NCBI RefSeq assembly: GCF_009914755.1 | Contig: NC_060929.1 | Direction: 5' to 3' (one strand) | From: the human T2T-CHM13v2.0 reference genome, Homo sapiens | DNA: 64,000 nucleotides | In this document: positions 40,164 through 53,290 of the stretch, in pieces | How the letters are laid out: every line of letters begins with the position of its first letter | Numbering within the stretch: position 1 is the first letter of the stretch | Translations under genes and position numbers: made by a program | Notes under the pieces: generated by a model | Database searches by the model: none | What the model saw: only the letters and a program-made list of their open reading frames with translations | What the model was told of the DNA's origin: nothing

Positions 40164-42529
40164 ATGTTTTTGGCCAAAACATGTAACATAGCTGAGTTTA
40201 GATTAAAGAAGTAGGGCTGAATGACCCAGCCACAATATGAGGGCACTGAAAAGTTACATAGCAAAAGACACTGATCCAGAGAAAGTTGAAATTTTGAGGC
40301 TGTTTGTGATAAATTCATCCTCCATCATCTCTCATCCTCCTGCTTCCAACATTATCAGGGTTTGAGATATTTCCATTCTTTTCTGTTCCTGAGGTTTCAT
40401 TTCTTGCTTCACTAAAGTTGATTCTCTAATACCTTTGTCAAGAAGGGTACATAAAAATTGTATTCCCTCTGGGAATAAATGTTGTGGAGTACATATTTTT
40501 TTCTTGAAGAATTAATAGATATTGTACCATTATTTCCTAGCATTCAGAATTGCTATAACAAAAGACCTACCTAGCATTTTTAATCACCGTACTACTCATA
40601 AACACTTCAAGCTCTGAGAGCCTCAGGCCAGGACCCAAGCTATTTCTCCAAATAGAGTTGGGAGAAATCCTGGAATAGACTGGTCACAGTTCTTCCTATT
40701 ATAAAAAGCAGAGTCTGTAGATTGCTTGATAGCTGAATAAAGGACAAATTGGGGGATAATCCTCTGCCTTTTTCCTAACAGCCATGTATCTCAAATAAAA
40801 TTCATGTAAGTCATCAGGTTTATTTGGTTTTAAACAACTCTTGCTGTCAAAGATTTATCATCAAATTCTGACAAATTTTTTTTCCCTAAACTGAATTTCA
40901 CTGTATTTAGAATGGCAAGATTTATTAGTACTTCAAAGGGGAATAAAGTTGTTCCCAACACATTAGAAAACAGAAGCCAAAATACTCTTCACCTCTAGTA
41001 TTTGTTTCTGTTCTCCCCAAATCTCTATTTAAATGAAGGGTGTCATAAAAATTGCTCTTAGACGTGTATCTTTTTCCATCTTGACTGCCACAGTAAATGT
41101 ATTCTGTTTTGAAATTTAGAAGATTATAGCATCCTAGAAAGTAAGAAGTAATAGTTATTCCTTGTTTTGATCCCAATGGTTGCTGATGTATTAGCCATCT
41201 CATTTCATGGTTATTCTTTCCTTTCACAGTCTATTAACTTGCTGTTCCAGGATCAACAATCTGTAACTCAGTGGAGAGGCCACAACACGTGCAGGGATTT
41301 AAGTGTTATCTTCTAAGGTCATTTGTAGTTCCAAGTGTATTTGGTAGAATTTCCTCTTTTGACTCAATTTCATTTTATCTGATCATCTTGGAGGAGAAGA
41401 ATTGACTGCAACTCGTGTTGTATTTTTAATTATTGTTTGATTCTTTGTCCACTTTCTTTTTTTCCTATTAACTAGTTTAAAAAATAAAAGAAGTGTGTTT
41501 GTTTTTTCTTTGTCCCTTCCCTAGCTATCGTTATTGAAAACCATTTGCTGTTCCCTGGTTTCTGCAAGAGAGTTGAGCCAGAATTAGAAAGGTTTGCATT
41601 GGCACTGCTGCACACAAAGTCTATCATCTCCTAGTTGCTATTATCCCCTAGAGAAACTAGAAAGCAGAGTGGAAGTTTAGAATCAGCTGATTCTTGCATT
41701 CAGTCAGGATTTTAGTAGTTTAATATATTTTATCAGCCTTAGCAATGGAAAAACTTCACTATAATTATGGGATATATCTACTGTAAGCAATCACCAATCT
41801 AGATTCAGAGTTTGCTGAGGTTTTCCCAAATATGCGTCTAAAACTTAAAAATTTAATTTGTTCTTATTATATGTAAAGTTAGCTTATTCTACTGAAAAAT
41901 AAAACATTTAAAATATCAGGGAAAAATAATTACTTTTTAATAAAAATCAATTATAATTGGGAAAAAACACTCACTTGACATGAATTTGTCTTACTTTGAT
42001 GAGTTTTTAAAGCGAATCTCTTTTCCTTGTATGAAAGTTTCTTGAAGTATTGCTACTATTATTAAAATGAATGCATGTCAGTTCTTACACTAAAAGAGAA
42101 TTATATTAATATTATATAATCCCTGGGTACATTTTTCAAGAGTTCATCTTATAATCACAAACTAAAATGGAAATGCTTTCAATTCAATATGCCAAAAATG
42201 TAGATAATGTGTACTAAGGCAAAAACACTTATAAAGATGATACAATTCTAGTAATTTAGGGCAAACAGACAAGTGATTTGGTAGGTGCCATGTCCTGTGC
42301 ATGGATCCTACTGTTTGGAATTCCAATCATAGACCCCAAAATAATCACCTATGCCCTGTACTGTGAAGTATCAGTCACAGTCTGATAACTAACTTCTTTG
42401 CACTATTATTTAAAGAAGAAAATGTAAATACCACACTCCTATCAGCTCGCAATGGAGCAGAAATCTCAGTTCAACACGACGCAGTGAAATAAGAATGTTC
42501 TCTGTAATTGCAGCAACCAAAATGATTAC

Positions 42530-42541
42530 CTTTTTACAAAG
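42530..42541 (-). other. Candidate 12-nt microexon
   Basis: Minus strand attgctattattcttttag|CTTTGTAAAAAG|gtaatc; frame-preserving, UGC 15-17 nt upstream; no transcript evidence available. Confidence 0.3.
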
Positions 42542-43889
42542 CTAAAAGAATAATAGCAATAATGTAATAAGGTACTGTGTTGCATTGTTGCCAGTTATTC
42601 CTAGCATTGCTGAAAATGCCAGGCGAGAACTGAGAATCCTGCTTTTACTTTTTAGAGGCCAAAAGCCTCCTGCTTTATCCATTTTAATCCTTTATCAGCT
42701 TCTTGCCAAATGAATTATCTTGAAATATCAAATGGCAGTTTCAAGCATGGAAAAGATGGAGGATCCAGGAAAAGATCACTGTGGCTTTGGATGTACCTAT
42801 CTATCTCAGGAGTGCATTTAGCTTAGGAAAGAACCAGTTTTATTCATGAGAGCAATCTGAAACATGGTATTCATTTTGTGATTATAATATTCTTTGGAAG
42901 TTGCTCAAAAAACAGTATAGTAACAAATGCTAGAAGTACCTGGAATTGGTGCCATAAGTTGATGATTAATGTGTTACATTGGCACTGTCACTAATCCTGC
43001 ACTACAGAAAGTCAACATGTCTTCAGCATAACTACTGCATTGTCTTTGAGGAAGAAATAATTCAATTTGGCTGTGCTTCCTTAATGAGTTCCCAGATTGT
43101 CCAAGTAAGGGGCTAAAGTTATGGGTGTAATTCTGTTTGTACACATACTTGTTTAGTAATATAGAATCCAAGAAGATTAATGAATAATTAAGAATTCTGG
43201 GATGACAATTCTGACATTTCTACCTTCGTTCAGGCCTTCCTATTTGTCAGAAAAGAGGGACAATTCCCTTGTAACTTCTCAAGTCACTGACTTCAATGAA
43301 AAAAAAAAAAACAACACAAAACCACAAAAGTATAAACTGCTCATAAATGAGAAAACTCTCATCTCCCAGATGAAAGAGCTGCCCAATAATAGTTCTTTTA
43401 GAAAGGCTTTATTTTCTTTTTAAATATTTTATTATCTGTTTAAAACTTTCAGCTTCAGAGGGTTTCAGACAAACCTGTAATTTCTGTGGTCATTGTTTTC
43501 CACATACAGTCCTTCAGACCTGAGTTTCTCCAGCTCAAGCCTGAATTTATGCACAAGTCAAAAAAGGCTCTCATTTATATGCTGAGCCTCGAGGGGTTCT
43601 TTAAAAACATCCTAACCAAAAACCAGTCAATAGTTGCAAAGTCACTTGGTAATTTGGCCATTTCTGAACAAACGGAAACTTATATAAGATAGATAATTCA
43701 TTCTAAAATGTTATATTTGGGAGAATCATTATGAGCCACTTTAAAGAGTCAGTGTCTCACATAAAACAGAAAGCTTTTGAACATATTCTTCCTGTGCCAT
43801 TTTCTGTAAGCTAAGTGTTAAACAACTGTATCCCAAAGATCACTGGATTTGAACACATATTGGCATGTTTGGTTTCTTTTGTTTTTCCT

Positions 43890-44215
43890 TTCATTCAACA
43901 CCACTGTTGAGCAATCACTGAATGAGTTGTAGGGATATAACAGTGAATAAAACTGATAATAGGGGAAATAATGGGAGAAAATAAGCAATAATCGGGTAAC
44001 CGAATATCACTGATAATTTAAATACAGACAGATATAAAGCATAAAGTAAAGCAAGTTAGTGGAATGTATACCTTATGTTGGGGTGAGGTGTGCTTCTCTA
44101 AAAAAGTATCATTCAAGCAAAGATTTGAATGTTGAGAAGGAGCCATCCATGCAAAGGCCTGAGAGACTTGTGTTCCAGGCAGAGGGAACAGCAAATGCAA
44201 AATCCAAAACAGCAG
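43890..44215 (-). mobile_element. L2 3' fragment
   Basis: TTCATTCAACACCACTGTTGAGC...GTGTTCCAGGCAGAGGGAACAGCAAATGCAAA. Confidence 0.75.
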
Positions 44216-46819
44216 AAATCATGATAACAAAATACACATGTTGCTTTAAGGTTAAGTTAAATATAAACTATTTCTATGATAGCAACATCCGTAGAACATG
44301 AGCCCACTAACATTGCATAAGATTCTGAAAGTCATCCTGGTCTCTGCCTTACCAGTATTTAAGTAACAACACTAAGAAACCAAGAGGTGGATAATTTGCT
44401 TTGTAAATTCACATGATATAGTTTTAATGTGTTGATGGAAAAGTCAGATTGTCCTTCTCATTACTCAGGATTTTGCTCTATTCTTGATATCTTTCAAAAT
44501 CTATCATTGTCTACTTTTAAAAACAAAAACTCAAGAGGATTCAATGTCATTAATATCAAGTTATTAAACAGGCACAACAGTCTCTTTCAGTTAAAGCATT
44601 TGTTAGTTTGCAAGAACTCTTTTTGACACTGACTAACCATCACCGTGTAAATAATAGATCTACCACTCCAGAAAGCAGTTTTCCTCTATTGACATTTGCC
44701 TCTCAGCAGCTTTTGATGCCAGACCAAAAGAAATGGAATTGTGTGGATATAATTACTTGTTGTAGCAGCAGTTAATGCATTCACTATTGTTCCCCAAGGA
44801 CTTAAAGGCTCAAATATCTATTCTCTGAATTTATTAGAACTAAGATTCACACATTTCTGTAGTCATAGTGATTTGGGAACACAACAGGAATAAAACAGAA
44901 GTTAGAATATTACTTCACAGCTTCAAAATTAAACTCTCTGCTGAGGGGGGGGTATCCTTTCAAATTTGCATACTAACGTTTGGCCAAGATAAAACTTCCA
45001 ATGGCATAATTAAGTGTTCCTGAACTCGGTTTCTGAATGCATTTGGAAAAGGTGGCTATGAACATTAAGAACTGTATTGTTTAAAAGCAATCTAAAAACC
45101 GCTTTGAAAACAATGTGAAGGTGGTAGGTGGACTGAGAATTTTCAGACTCCTGCATATATGATATGATACTTTGAAGAAATATTGGTGATTATATTGAGT
45201 ATATAAAAGTAAAATTCCCGTTCCCAAAGAAATATCACAGAGTAATTTCAGAAATATTTCTTCATATTTACAAACATGGAGAAATAGAATTTGTTCTTCA
45301 TTTTTTCCTGTATCAGATGGAAATTCTAAAAAAAGAATATTTCCCTTCACTCTATTTTCTTTCTCATAAACTCCAACTCTAATGGTAAATTGCATGGAAC
45401 CAGTTCCAAATACACACTCTCTCTCTTAAAAATGTAATAATCTCAAGCTAGAGGAAAGAAAGATAGCCAATGAAAAGAGATGCAGATAAAAGACAACTGA
45501 GAAGAAGCTTAAAAGGTTTTCCTTTTAAGCTTTTCTCTGTTCTTCCATCAGCAAAGAGGAAAAAGGAGGATAAAAAGAAGGTAAAATGTTTCACTCTTAA
45601 GAGGGTTACATTAGCATGTGGTTTCAATGTGCATCCAACTATAAATTCTTTCTAGCAAAACATTACTTAATATTGATACCTAGGGTATAAGAGTGGGAAT
45701 GAATCACTGAAAATTCGGATGGACTTACATAGATACTAGCAGTTGTATTTATACATGGTTAAGGGAAGAATAATGCTCAGATAGTTTAGAGGTAAAGCTG
45801 ATCTTCAGGACTGAGCACAGAGACAGTCTACTTATTAGCCTAATTGGGTATGTATCAGATAAGGTTTACCATATAAAGAGAGGATGTCTGCTTCATCTTG
45901 GGGGTTAGAGGGGAGGTTGAATGTTGTTAGAGAAGTAGTTTGGAGTTCAATGCCACCCATATAGTGTTCTGGCACAGACTTTGAAGGAATTTTTTTGTTA
46001 AGTTCAAAGGAAAGAGCGGGTACTAGATGAAATATGTCATTGAAGACCCTCTTCTTGTCTAACATTAAAAGTTGTTCCATAAACTAAGAATGTAAGTCAG
46101 TACTCTTTGGGTTTTTAACAAATTTTGACCTGGTCAGAGAGGACCTTTCTCCACTGGCCTCACTGTAATAACACTCCCAATCATGTGGTAGGACTTCTAT
46201 GCTGAAGTTGGAGTTTGTACATACTTGTGAGCCTCAATCTTTTAATAATCACTAATGTTCACTTTTGTCCTTGAACACAGCACAGTGCTGACCAAGTAAC
46301 ATGCCTTCAATGGTAAATTATTACCTCCAAGTCTTTATGTAATCTTTAGTACCAGGATAGATAATATTTTTCTGGTGAGAAACTGACATTGTAATGGTGT
46401 CATCTAGTGGGATACAGCAAATATAGTACCTGGCTCCGGTGTCAGATTTGAAGGGTTGTCTCCAATTAGACTTGGAACATTGAACCAACTTCCTGAGCTC
46501 TACAGTTGTATCTGTATCACAATTTCTGTAACTATTTCTTCTGCTCCCAATTTTCTCTCCTGAATTGCTAATAGAGATAAATAAATTGATGTGATTTTGT
46601 TTGCTTTGTCTTTTCTTCATTCAGGAAGGTAGAATATAGGTGAGCCAAAGGAATCTATTAGGGCATTGTCTAATTAACAAAAAGAGCAAAAGAAGAACGG
46701 AACATGGCAGCCCAACTGTGAGTTCTGGTTACATCACTTACTCGCTTCACATTCTTGGTGTACTTGCTAATGTTCAGTAAGACAGCCAAAAATGAGGATG
46801 CTAAGACCTATTCTCCCTA

Positions 46820-47190
46820 CTACCCCACTGATATCAGGCATCCTCGTATTTGTAGTAGCTGTTACCTTTGCTTGGAGTAACTTCCTTCAAATGTCCACTT
46901 TGCTAACTTGCTCAATCTCCTTAAGTTTTTGTGCCTATAGCCTGTTTTCCACAAAGCCTTCCATGGACACCATATTTAAAATTTCAAGCTAGTTTCCTTC
47001 ATCACTGTTTTTTTCAGCATACTTAATATATTTTAATAAACAATAAAAACGTTTTATATATTATGTTTGTTGTTTATTATTCCTTCCTCTGGAATTTAAA
47101 CTTCACAAGGATAGTAATTTTTATTTATTTTATTCCCTGATATCCCTGACTCATAGTAAGTACTTCTATTGATTATTAAACCAACAAATA
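46820..47190 (+). mobile_element. L2 3' fragment
   Basis: GCTGTTACCTTTGCTTGGA...GAATTTAAACTTCACAAGG...CTGACTCATAGTAAGTACT. Confidence 0.6.
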
Positions 47191-48730
47191 ACTAGATTTA
47201 AATTATATTTAGCAACTAAAATGTTTACTTAACATATAAAATTGTTGCTTTACTTAAAAAATCTCTACTATAGAAAGATTCACAAAGTTACAAAGATGAA
47301 AGATAAGAAAGGAGAAAAATTACTATATACCACACAGATTTTATTTCTCCCATTTTTCTCTTTTTAATGTACTTACTTGGGTAACCTTTGTTGAGGACAT
47401 ACTCAATCTCCACACAAGGGAAAGAAGTAGAGGATGGACTTTGTAGTTTGCAGTTTAATGGGGAAAATAATTTTTTGGGGGCCTGATTGTGTTAGACATC
47501 TTAATAAATTAATGATAGCAGAGGGGTCTTTCTACTAAAAACACCCAGCTTGGCTGCTGCTGATTTAGAGTTTTATTCTTTTAGCTGGAATGATCATTGG
47601 TCTCATTTTATCACATCACTGAAGTCTGTTTTTTCAGCTCACAGCCTGAGGACATGCAATCCATAATCAAAAGTCAGAGGAACTCAAAAATGGCAGCCTC
47701 TCTTGTGAAACACAATTCATTCCATGGGATATTTTACATTTGTGGTCTCTAAGCCACTTAGAAAGTAAATGACCCAACTATACAAGTGACAAGTAGTGAC
47801 CCCCATGCTACTTTAGATGGAGATTTGCCAGGAGAAAATTATGTAAAATGTAGGTAGGTATCAATATTTCCCAGATTTATAATTTAGACTGTGGCTTTAT
47901 TAGCTTTAGTTACCAGTGACTTATGGTTCAGGATGGGAGTTTAAACTTATATGTTTGTTGCCAAAAAAAAAAATGATGATAACAATTCATATGCTTAAGT
48001 TTAAACAACATTTTAGGACTAGATTTTGCCACTGAAGGAAAAATAGGCTTTAAAAAAAGGGATACGGACAGTGGGGAAGGAGATTTTCCTTTTAAAAAGA
48101 GAAATTTCTGAAGATAAATAACAAAAAAAATGAAAGTAAAATGGGTAGACTGGGTCTCTCTCTGATAGAAGCCTCCTCAAACTCACAATTGAAAAGACAG
48201 GGTTTGAATGTAAACAACTGTTTAGACCTATGAATACTCAATAACCTAAGAAAAATGATAGAAATCTAGATTTAGGAACAAAAAATTAACCTAGTAGGGG
48301 AAGATTTGTTCTAACTATATATTCATTTTTATTACTAAATAGAGCACATACTCGAAGACTGAAAGGCCTGTACTTGGATTCTGTCACTTTCTCAGGGCCT
48401 CCCCAAGACTGGAGAGAGGCATTAACAGTAACATAGGCAAAACTCAAGTGTCTGCTGAGATAGATAAACAAAATGATATGTCAAGCAACAAGTGTATGAC
48501 AATATGGAGTGCTGGGAACTGTGAATACCTGGATTACATGTTCAGAGACAACAGTCTTCACACTGTTGTGAACAGAATATTGACATTTTGATTTAGCTTG
48601 TAAACTGCCATTTTTTTTTTTTTTACCTCTCTTTAATGGGTAAAAGAGATCAACAAAATTTCCCCTATCAGAATAAAGGAAGAATCTACTTCAAAGAAAG
48701 AAGCCAGTCTCCTCCTCCATAGAATGCAGA

Positions 48731-49336
48731 TGTTGTCAATTCTTATAGTTTTATGGTGTCTCAGCATCTATTCTGAACCTAGGTTTAACTTCGCATACCA
48801 GAAGAAGGGCTTAGTAACTCTTGACACAGTTTTCATTTCTCTAGCTCTTTCTGATTCTAAGTGTGGTCCATCCAGATATCTGCCTTAAGTAACCACCTCC
48901 TAGTGTCCAACTCCGCATGGGATATGCAGAGATAACCTCCTTGACTCACCTCACTGACTCCACTCTCCACTCAGTATGCAGGTATGCTACAGGGAGCATT
49001 CCCTGTCCCAGTCACCACATGTGACTCACACCCGCTTGCTCTGCATCCACCAATTAGAACTCCATGTGGGAAACTTGCTGGGGTAACGTCCTGGATCCCA
49101 GTAAAGCCTCAGGCTATAGGTCTATCTCTCTCTGTCTCTCTTGCTCCCCACCTGCTGTTTGAACACATTGCCCTGTGACCTCTCATTGGCTCCCAGAGGC
49201 ATCTCTCTACTCTCATGGATCTGAGAATAATATACTTTCTGTTATGTCATGTGTTTTTGTTTTATGGCCTCCTCTTACTTGACTGACACATGCAGATTTA
49301 ACTTCTTTCCCAGTCAGGGCTCTCCTAGAGAGTGGT
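48731..49336 (+). mobile_element. ERVL-class LTR (MER70-like)
   Basis: TGTTG start, TTTTATGGTGTCTCAGCATCTATTCTGAACCTAGGTTTAACTT...CAGGGCTCTCCTAGAGAGTGG; subfamily from recall. Confidence 0.65.
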
Positions 49337-49399
49337 CTGGGCGATAGAGCAAGACTTCATCTCAATAAATAAATAAATAAATAAATAAAAAATAAAGAA
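49337..49399 (+). mobile_element. Alu 3'-terminal stub with (AAAT)n tail
   Basis: CTGGGCGATAGAGCAAGACTTCATCTC followed by AATAAATAAATAAA... Confidence 0.85.
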
Positions 49400-50551
49400 G
49401 TACAACAAAACACATCTGGCCAACTAAAAATCATATTATTGTTTTTTAAATTCAATACTTTTGAGACCTATTTTGAACTACATATACCAGTATATGTAAG
49501 TACATATTTATTAAAGAACATAATTATGTTTATTTCAACATTTAATATATTTACTTTCATGCTACATTATTATGCATGTTATTATGTCATAATGACATAA
49601 TTTATATAGTCATTTCAGATAAGTATATCTTGACCTTGTCTATTTATAGCTCTTCTTCTAGACTATGGAATTTTTTCCATACTACAAGAACTATTTCTTG
49701 TTTACGATTGTATTTCAAAGCCAAGCACAATTCTGGATTAACGTATATAGAATAATTTAAAATATTTTTTAAGTGAGGTTATTCTAAGACAGATGTTATC
49801 TATTTACAGTTTTACTTTGGGTTGTCTTGCTTTTATGTCCTGGAATGGAGGTGTCTTTCTCTCTCTTCCCCTTTCTACCTTCCCCCTCCCCCATTATCTT
49901 CTTCTCTCTACCACTGGATCATAACTGGATGAACATTTCTAGTTTCTTGCTTCAACTCTGTAGACCCACATTTGCCATCCAACAGATAATTCCAATAGCT
50001 AGACTTGGAAGAAAGTATATGGTCTGTAGTCTAATTTCTAATTTAGCCTTATAAGTGGTAATGCTGATATTTGGTTTCCATATGTCTGTTACAAATGTCT
50101 ACTTTTCCATTGGCCTATGTCAAATCATGGGGTAGAAAAAAGACTGTGACTAATTATCAAACTCCAACCCCAATATCTATGGTGATGATGCTGGGTTGGA
50201 AGGTGTGCTATTGAGGATGACAATTTCAAATAAAGTTTTCCAGTTCATTAGCTTCCATTACCAAGACCTCTTGCTGACTCCTCTGCAAATTGTTCTTCCT
50301 TCCATCCTCTCCTTTCCTTCTTCACTAATCAACTAGGTGGGCGTAATTACTGATCTTAGGAATGGGGTAAAGAGTATAAGCTGTCTGAGCAATGTGTAGC
50401 ACAGAACTTATGTAATGAGCAACAGGATAAATTTCTTGGATCAAGAAATGCAATTCCTGTAAAACATTTGATGTCTTTTGAAGTTGATTGCAATACTATA
50501 ATAAGAAACTAGGCCCATTAAAAAAAAAACAAAAAAAAACCGTATCATGTA

Positions 50552-50976
50552 CAGATGCCCCTTGACTTACAAAGGGGCTACATCCTGACAAACTCAATAA
50601 GCCCATTGAAGGTTTCAAATACTGTAAGTTGAAAATGCACTTAATACACCTAACCCTCCAAACATCCTAGCATAGCCCAGCCCACATTCAACATGCTCAG
50701 GACACTTACCTTATCTACAGTAAGACAAATCATCTGGCAACACAGTACACTGTGGAGTACTGGTGTTTACCCTTGTGATTATGTGGCTGCCTGGGAGCTG
50801 TGGCTCACTGCCACTGCCCAGGATCCGGAAAGAATATTGTACCACATATGGTTAGCCCAAGAAAATATCAAAGTTCAAAATGTGAAGTACAATTTCTCCT
50901 GAATGTGTATTGCTTTTGTACCATCGTTAGGTTAAAAAAAACTTAAGTCAAACCATTGTAAGTCGGGGACCGTGTG
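50552..50976 (+). mobile_element. MER47B/Tigger5-family MITE
   Basis: TA-CAGATGCCCCTTGACTTAC ... GTAAGTCGGGGACCGTGTG-TA terminal inverted repeats with TA TSD. Confidence 0.88.
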
Positions 50977-51504
50977 TATTCTCTAAAGTAAATACAGAGG
51001 CAACACCTCTTTATGAGTAAATTACAATAAAATAAATGTATGTCTGTATGTTTTCTCAAGCTCTGAAAGGTCTACCTCTCAATTGTCTCATCTATAAACT
51101 GGTAATCCATTTAAACCATGCTCTTCCATTTTGTTAACTAGTCAAATAAGTAACTCATCCAAAAAGAGGGTGGTACTTTCATGCCTTCTGGATTACTAAC
51201 TTTCCTCTGACATAAGGCATCACTTCAAATATTGGCAGGTAAGAACCAGAGAGCAGTATTTACTTTCTTGGAATTTGGTATTACAACCCCTCTGGCTTCC
51301 CCAAATAATTGCCCATATTTTGCCATCTTGACCATTCTTCCTGTAGTGTTTGAGGGCAAAGGGCAGGAGCTCCATTTACTCGTTATAGATGTGCCTAAGA
51401 TTTGGTTGTTATGCCGACAAACAAATACTTCATTGTTTTCTATAGAATTTTAGGGGTCCCATTTTTAAACTGCACCACTGTATATGTCTTCTCTCCTTGA
51501 GATA

Positions 51505-52040
51505 AAAGTTGCAAACTAATGGTCCCTGGGCTGAATTTGACCCATGGAAAAATTAGTTTTAAAAATTAAACTCTTCATTTTGGGCTAATTATAGATTCAT
51601 ATTCAGTTGTAGGAAATACAACAGAGAGATCCAATGGACTCTTTATCTAGTTTCCTCCAATAATCACATCTTGCAAAGCAATTGTAGAGAATGACCACCA
51701 CGATACTGACATAACTACAATCCACCAGTCTTATCTACACACATCTTTTATTGCATAATTTTACCCTATATAGTATTTTCAATCTGAATAGCAGCTAATA
51801 GTTACAAATCAAAAACTTTAAATAATGGTATAGATTTCTGATTTTGCTTTAAAAAATCCTATTTCTCAAAACTGGGACTGCATTCTATACATAAAATCAG
51901 GCTAGAACTGAATAGCAGTTCGATTACACAACACACATTCTCCCTTTTATACTAGTACTCAGCTACTCGATTTATCTTCTTAACAGCTAACACAATTCAT
52001 GTAGTTATGCTCTTATGGTTGTCTCTTCTATCACCTGTGT
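51505..52040. mobile_element. hAT-Charlie MITE (MER102-like) interrupted by an L1MD-like 3' fragment (about 51560-51740, minus strand)
   Basis: GTTGCAAACTAATGGTCCCTGGGCTGAATTTG; CAGGCTAGAACTGAATAGCAG; L1 piece TATAGATTCATATTCAGTTGTAGGAAATACAACAGAGAGATCC. Confidence 0.55.
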
Positions 52041-52289
52041 GGGAAGTCCCTAATTCCTATTTTAGCTTGTCCATACTCCAGTGTCCCAAACCTTGTCAGT
52101 TTATCCACCAGAGGGCACTCCAGCCCCGCCTGTGTTTAACTGTAGCCTGGAAGAACGAAGATAACATTAGGCCTCTGAAAGGTGAATAATTGGGGTCCTG
52201 AGTGAAGCAGGCCAAATATTTCTCAAAGAGAACAATGTCACCAGGTAAAAGCAAATGAAATTATACAATGCCAAATGAATAGTTTTTTT

Positions 52290-53290
52290 TTTAATTTTCA
52301 GTCTTGGCATTTCCCTGAGGTCCAAACATACATTCAACAACCTACGTGACATTTCCACTTGGAAATTTAACACACTGAAAATAGAACATTTATTACTTTT
52401 CTTCTACACCTGCTTCTCTTACTTTCCCCATTTCAGTAAAAAGTTATGCCATGTACCCAATCTTTCAAATCAAAGACGCGGAAATCTTCAACTCTTCCTT
52501 GATTCATCTCTTTACCTCAAATCACCCTTCTCTTCCCTACATGTAGACTTTATCTACAAATCTGATTGCTGATGCCTCCAAGGTATTTTTTAAATCTATT
52601 TATCATCAAGGCTAAGCCAACATTGTTGCTCATCTGGACTACTGCATCTGCATTTGCTTCCATTTTTACCACTAGAATCCATTCCATATGTTAGTTAGAT
52701 CGCTTTCCTGAAAGCATAAATCACAACCTACAAGGCTCTGCAATTTAGTATCTGCCTACCTCTCCAGTACCATTTTATTTTATTCTGAAAATTGTTAACT
52801 CCATTTCACTCTCTCTCTATATATAATATATAATTTATATAATTATGTATATAATTATATACATATATATTTGTTTGTTTTACAAAAGCACCCTTTTTGA
52901 TGTGCTGTTCTTTTTTCCTGGACATGCTTTCCTAAGTTATTAACAAAGCTCACCCCACACCCTTTTAGTTCTTAGGTGAACTATCACCTTATTTAAATAT
53001 CACCTCATCACAGAGGCTTTCACTCATCATCCTGGCTAATATGGCACCCACCTCAATACCACTTCTGACTTTATGCACTCTTCTATTACTTTGTTGTATA
53101 TATCATTATATTATTATGTTTCTGTGTTTGCATATATAATTACTATCTATATCTTATAGCTACTATATAAGTTCCATAAGATCAGAGACTGCATATGTTT
53201 TTTCACTTCTGTATTACCCAAACTCAGAATATTTTCAAGGACATAGGCCATGTCTATTAAAATTTTTTAGAATGTATAGATGAAAAGATT
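52290..53290 (+). mobile_element. L2 LINE remnant with an internal (TA)-rich tract
   Basis: CAACAACCTACGTGACATTTCCACTTGGA...CATCTGGACTACTGCA...TATAAGTTCCATAAGATCAGAGAC. Confidence 0.75.

Noticed and set aside
44964-44977. Octamer ATTTGCAT overlapping a perfect TACTAAC branch-point motif
   Set aside because: No SOX half-site and no downstream pyrimidine tract with AG; expected by chance in AT-rich DNA
46321-46620. 99-aa minus-strand ORF with nearby splice-like sites
   Set aside because: No recognisable homology, and splice signals are mediocre
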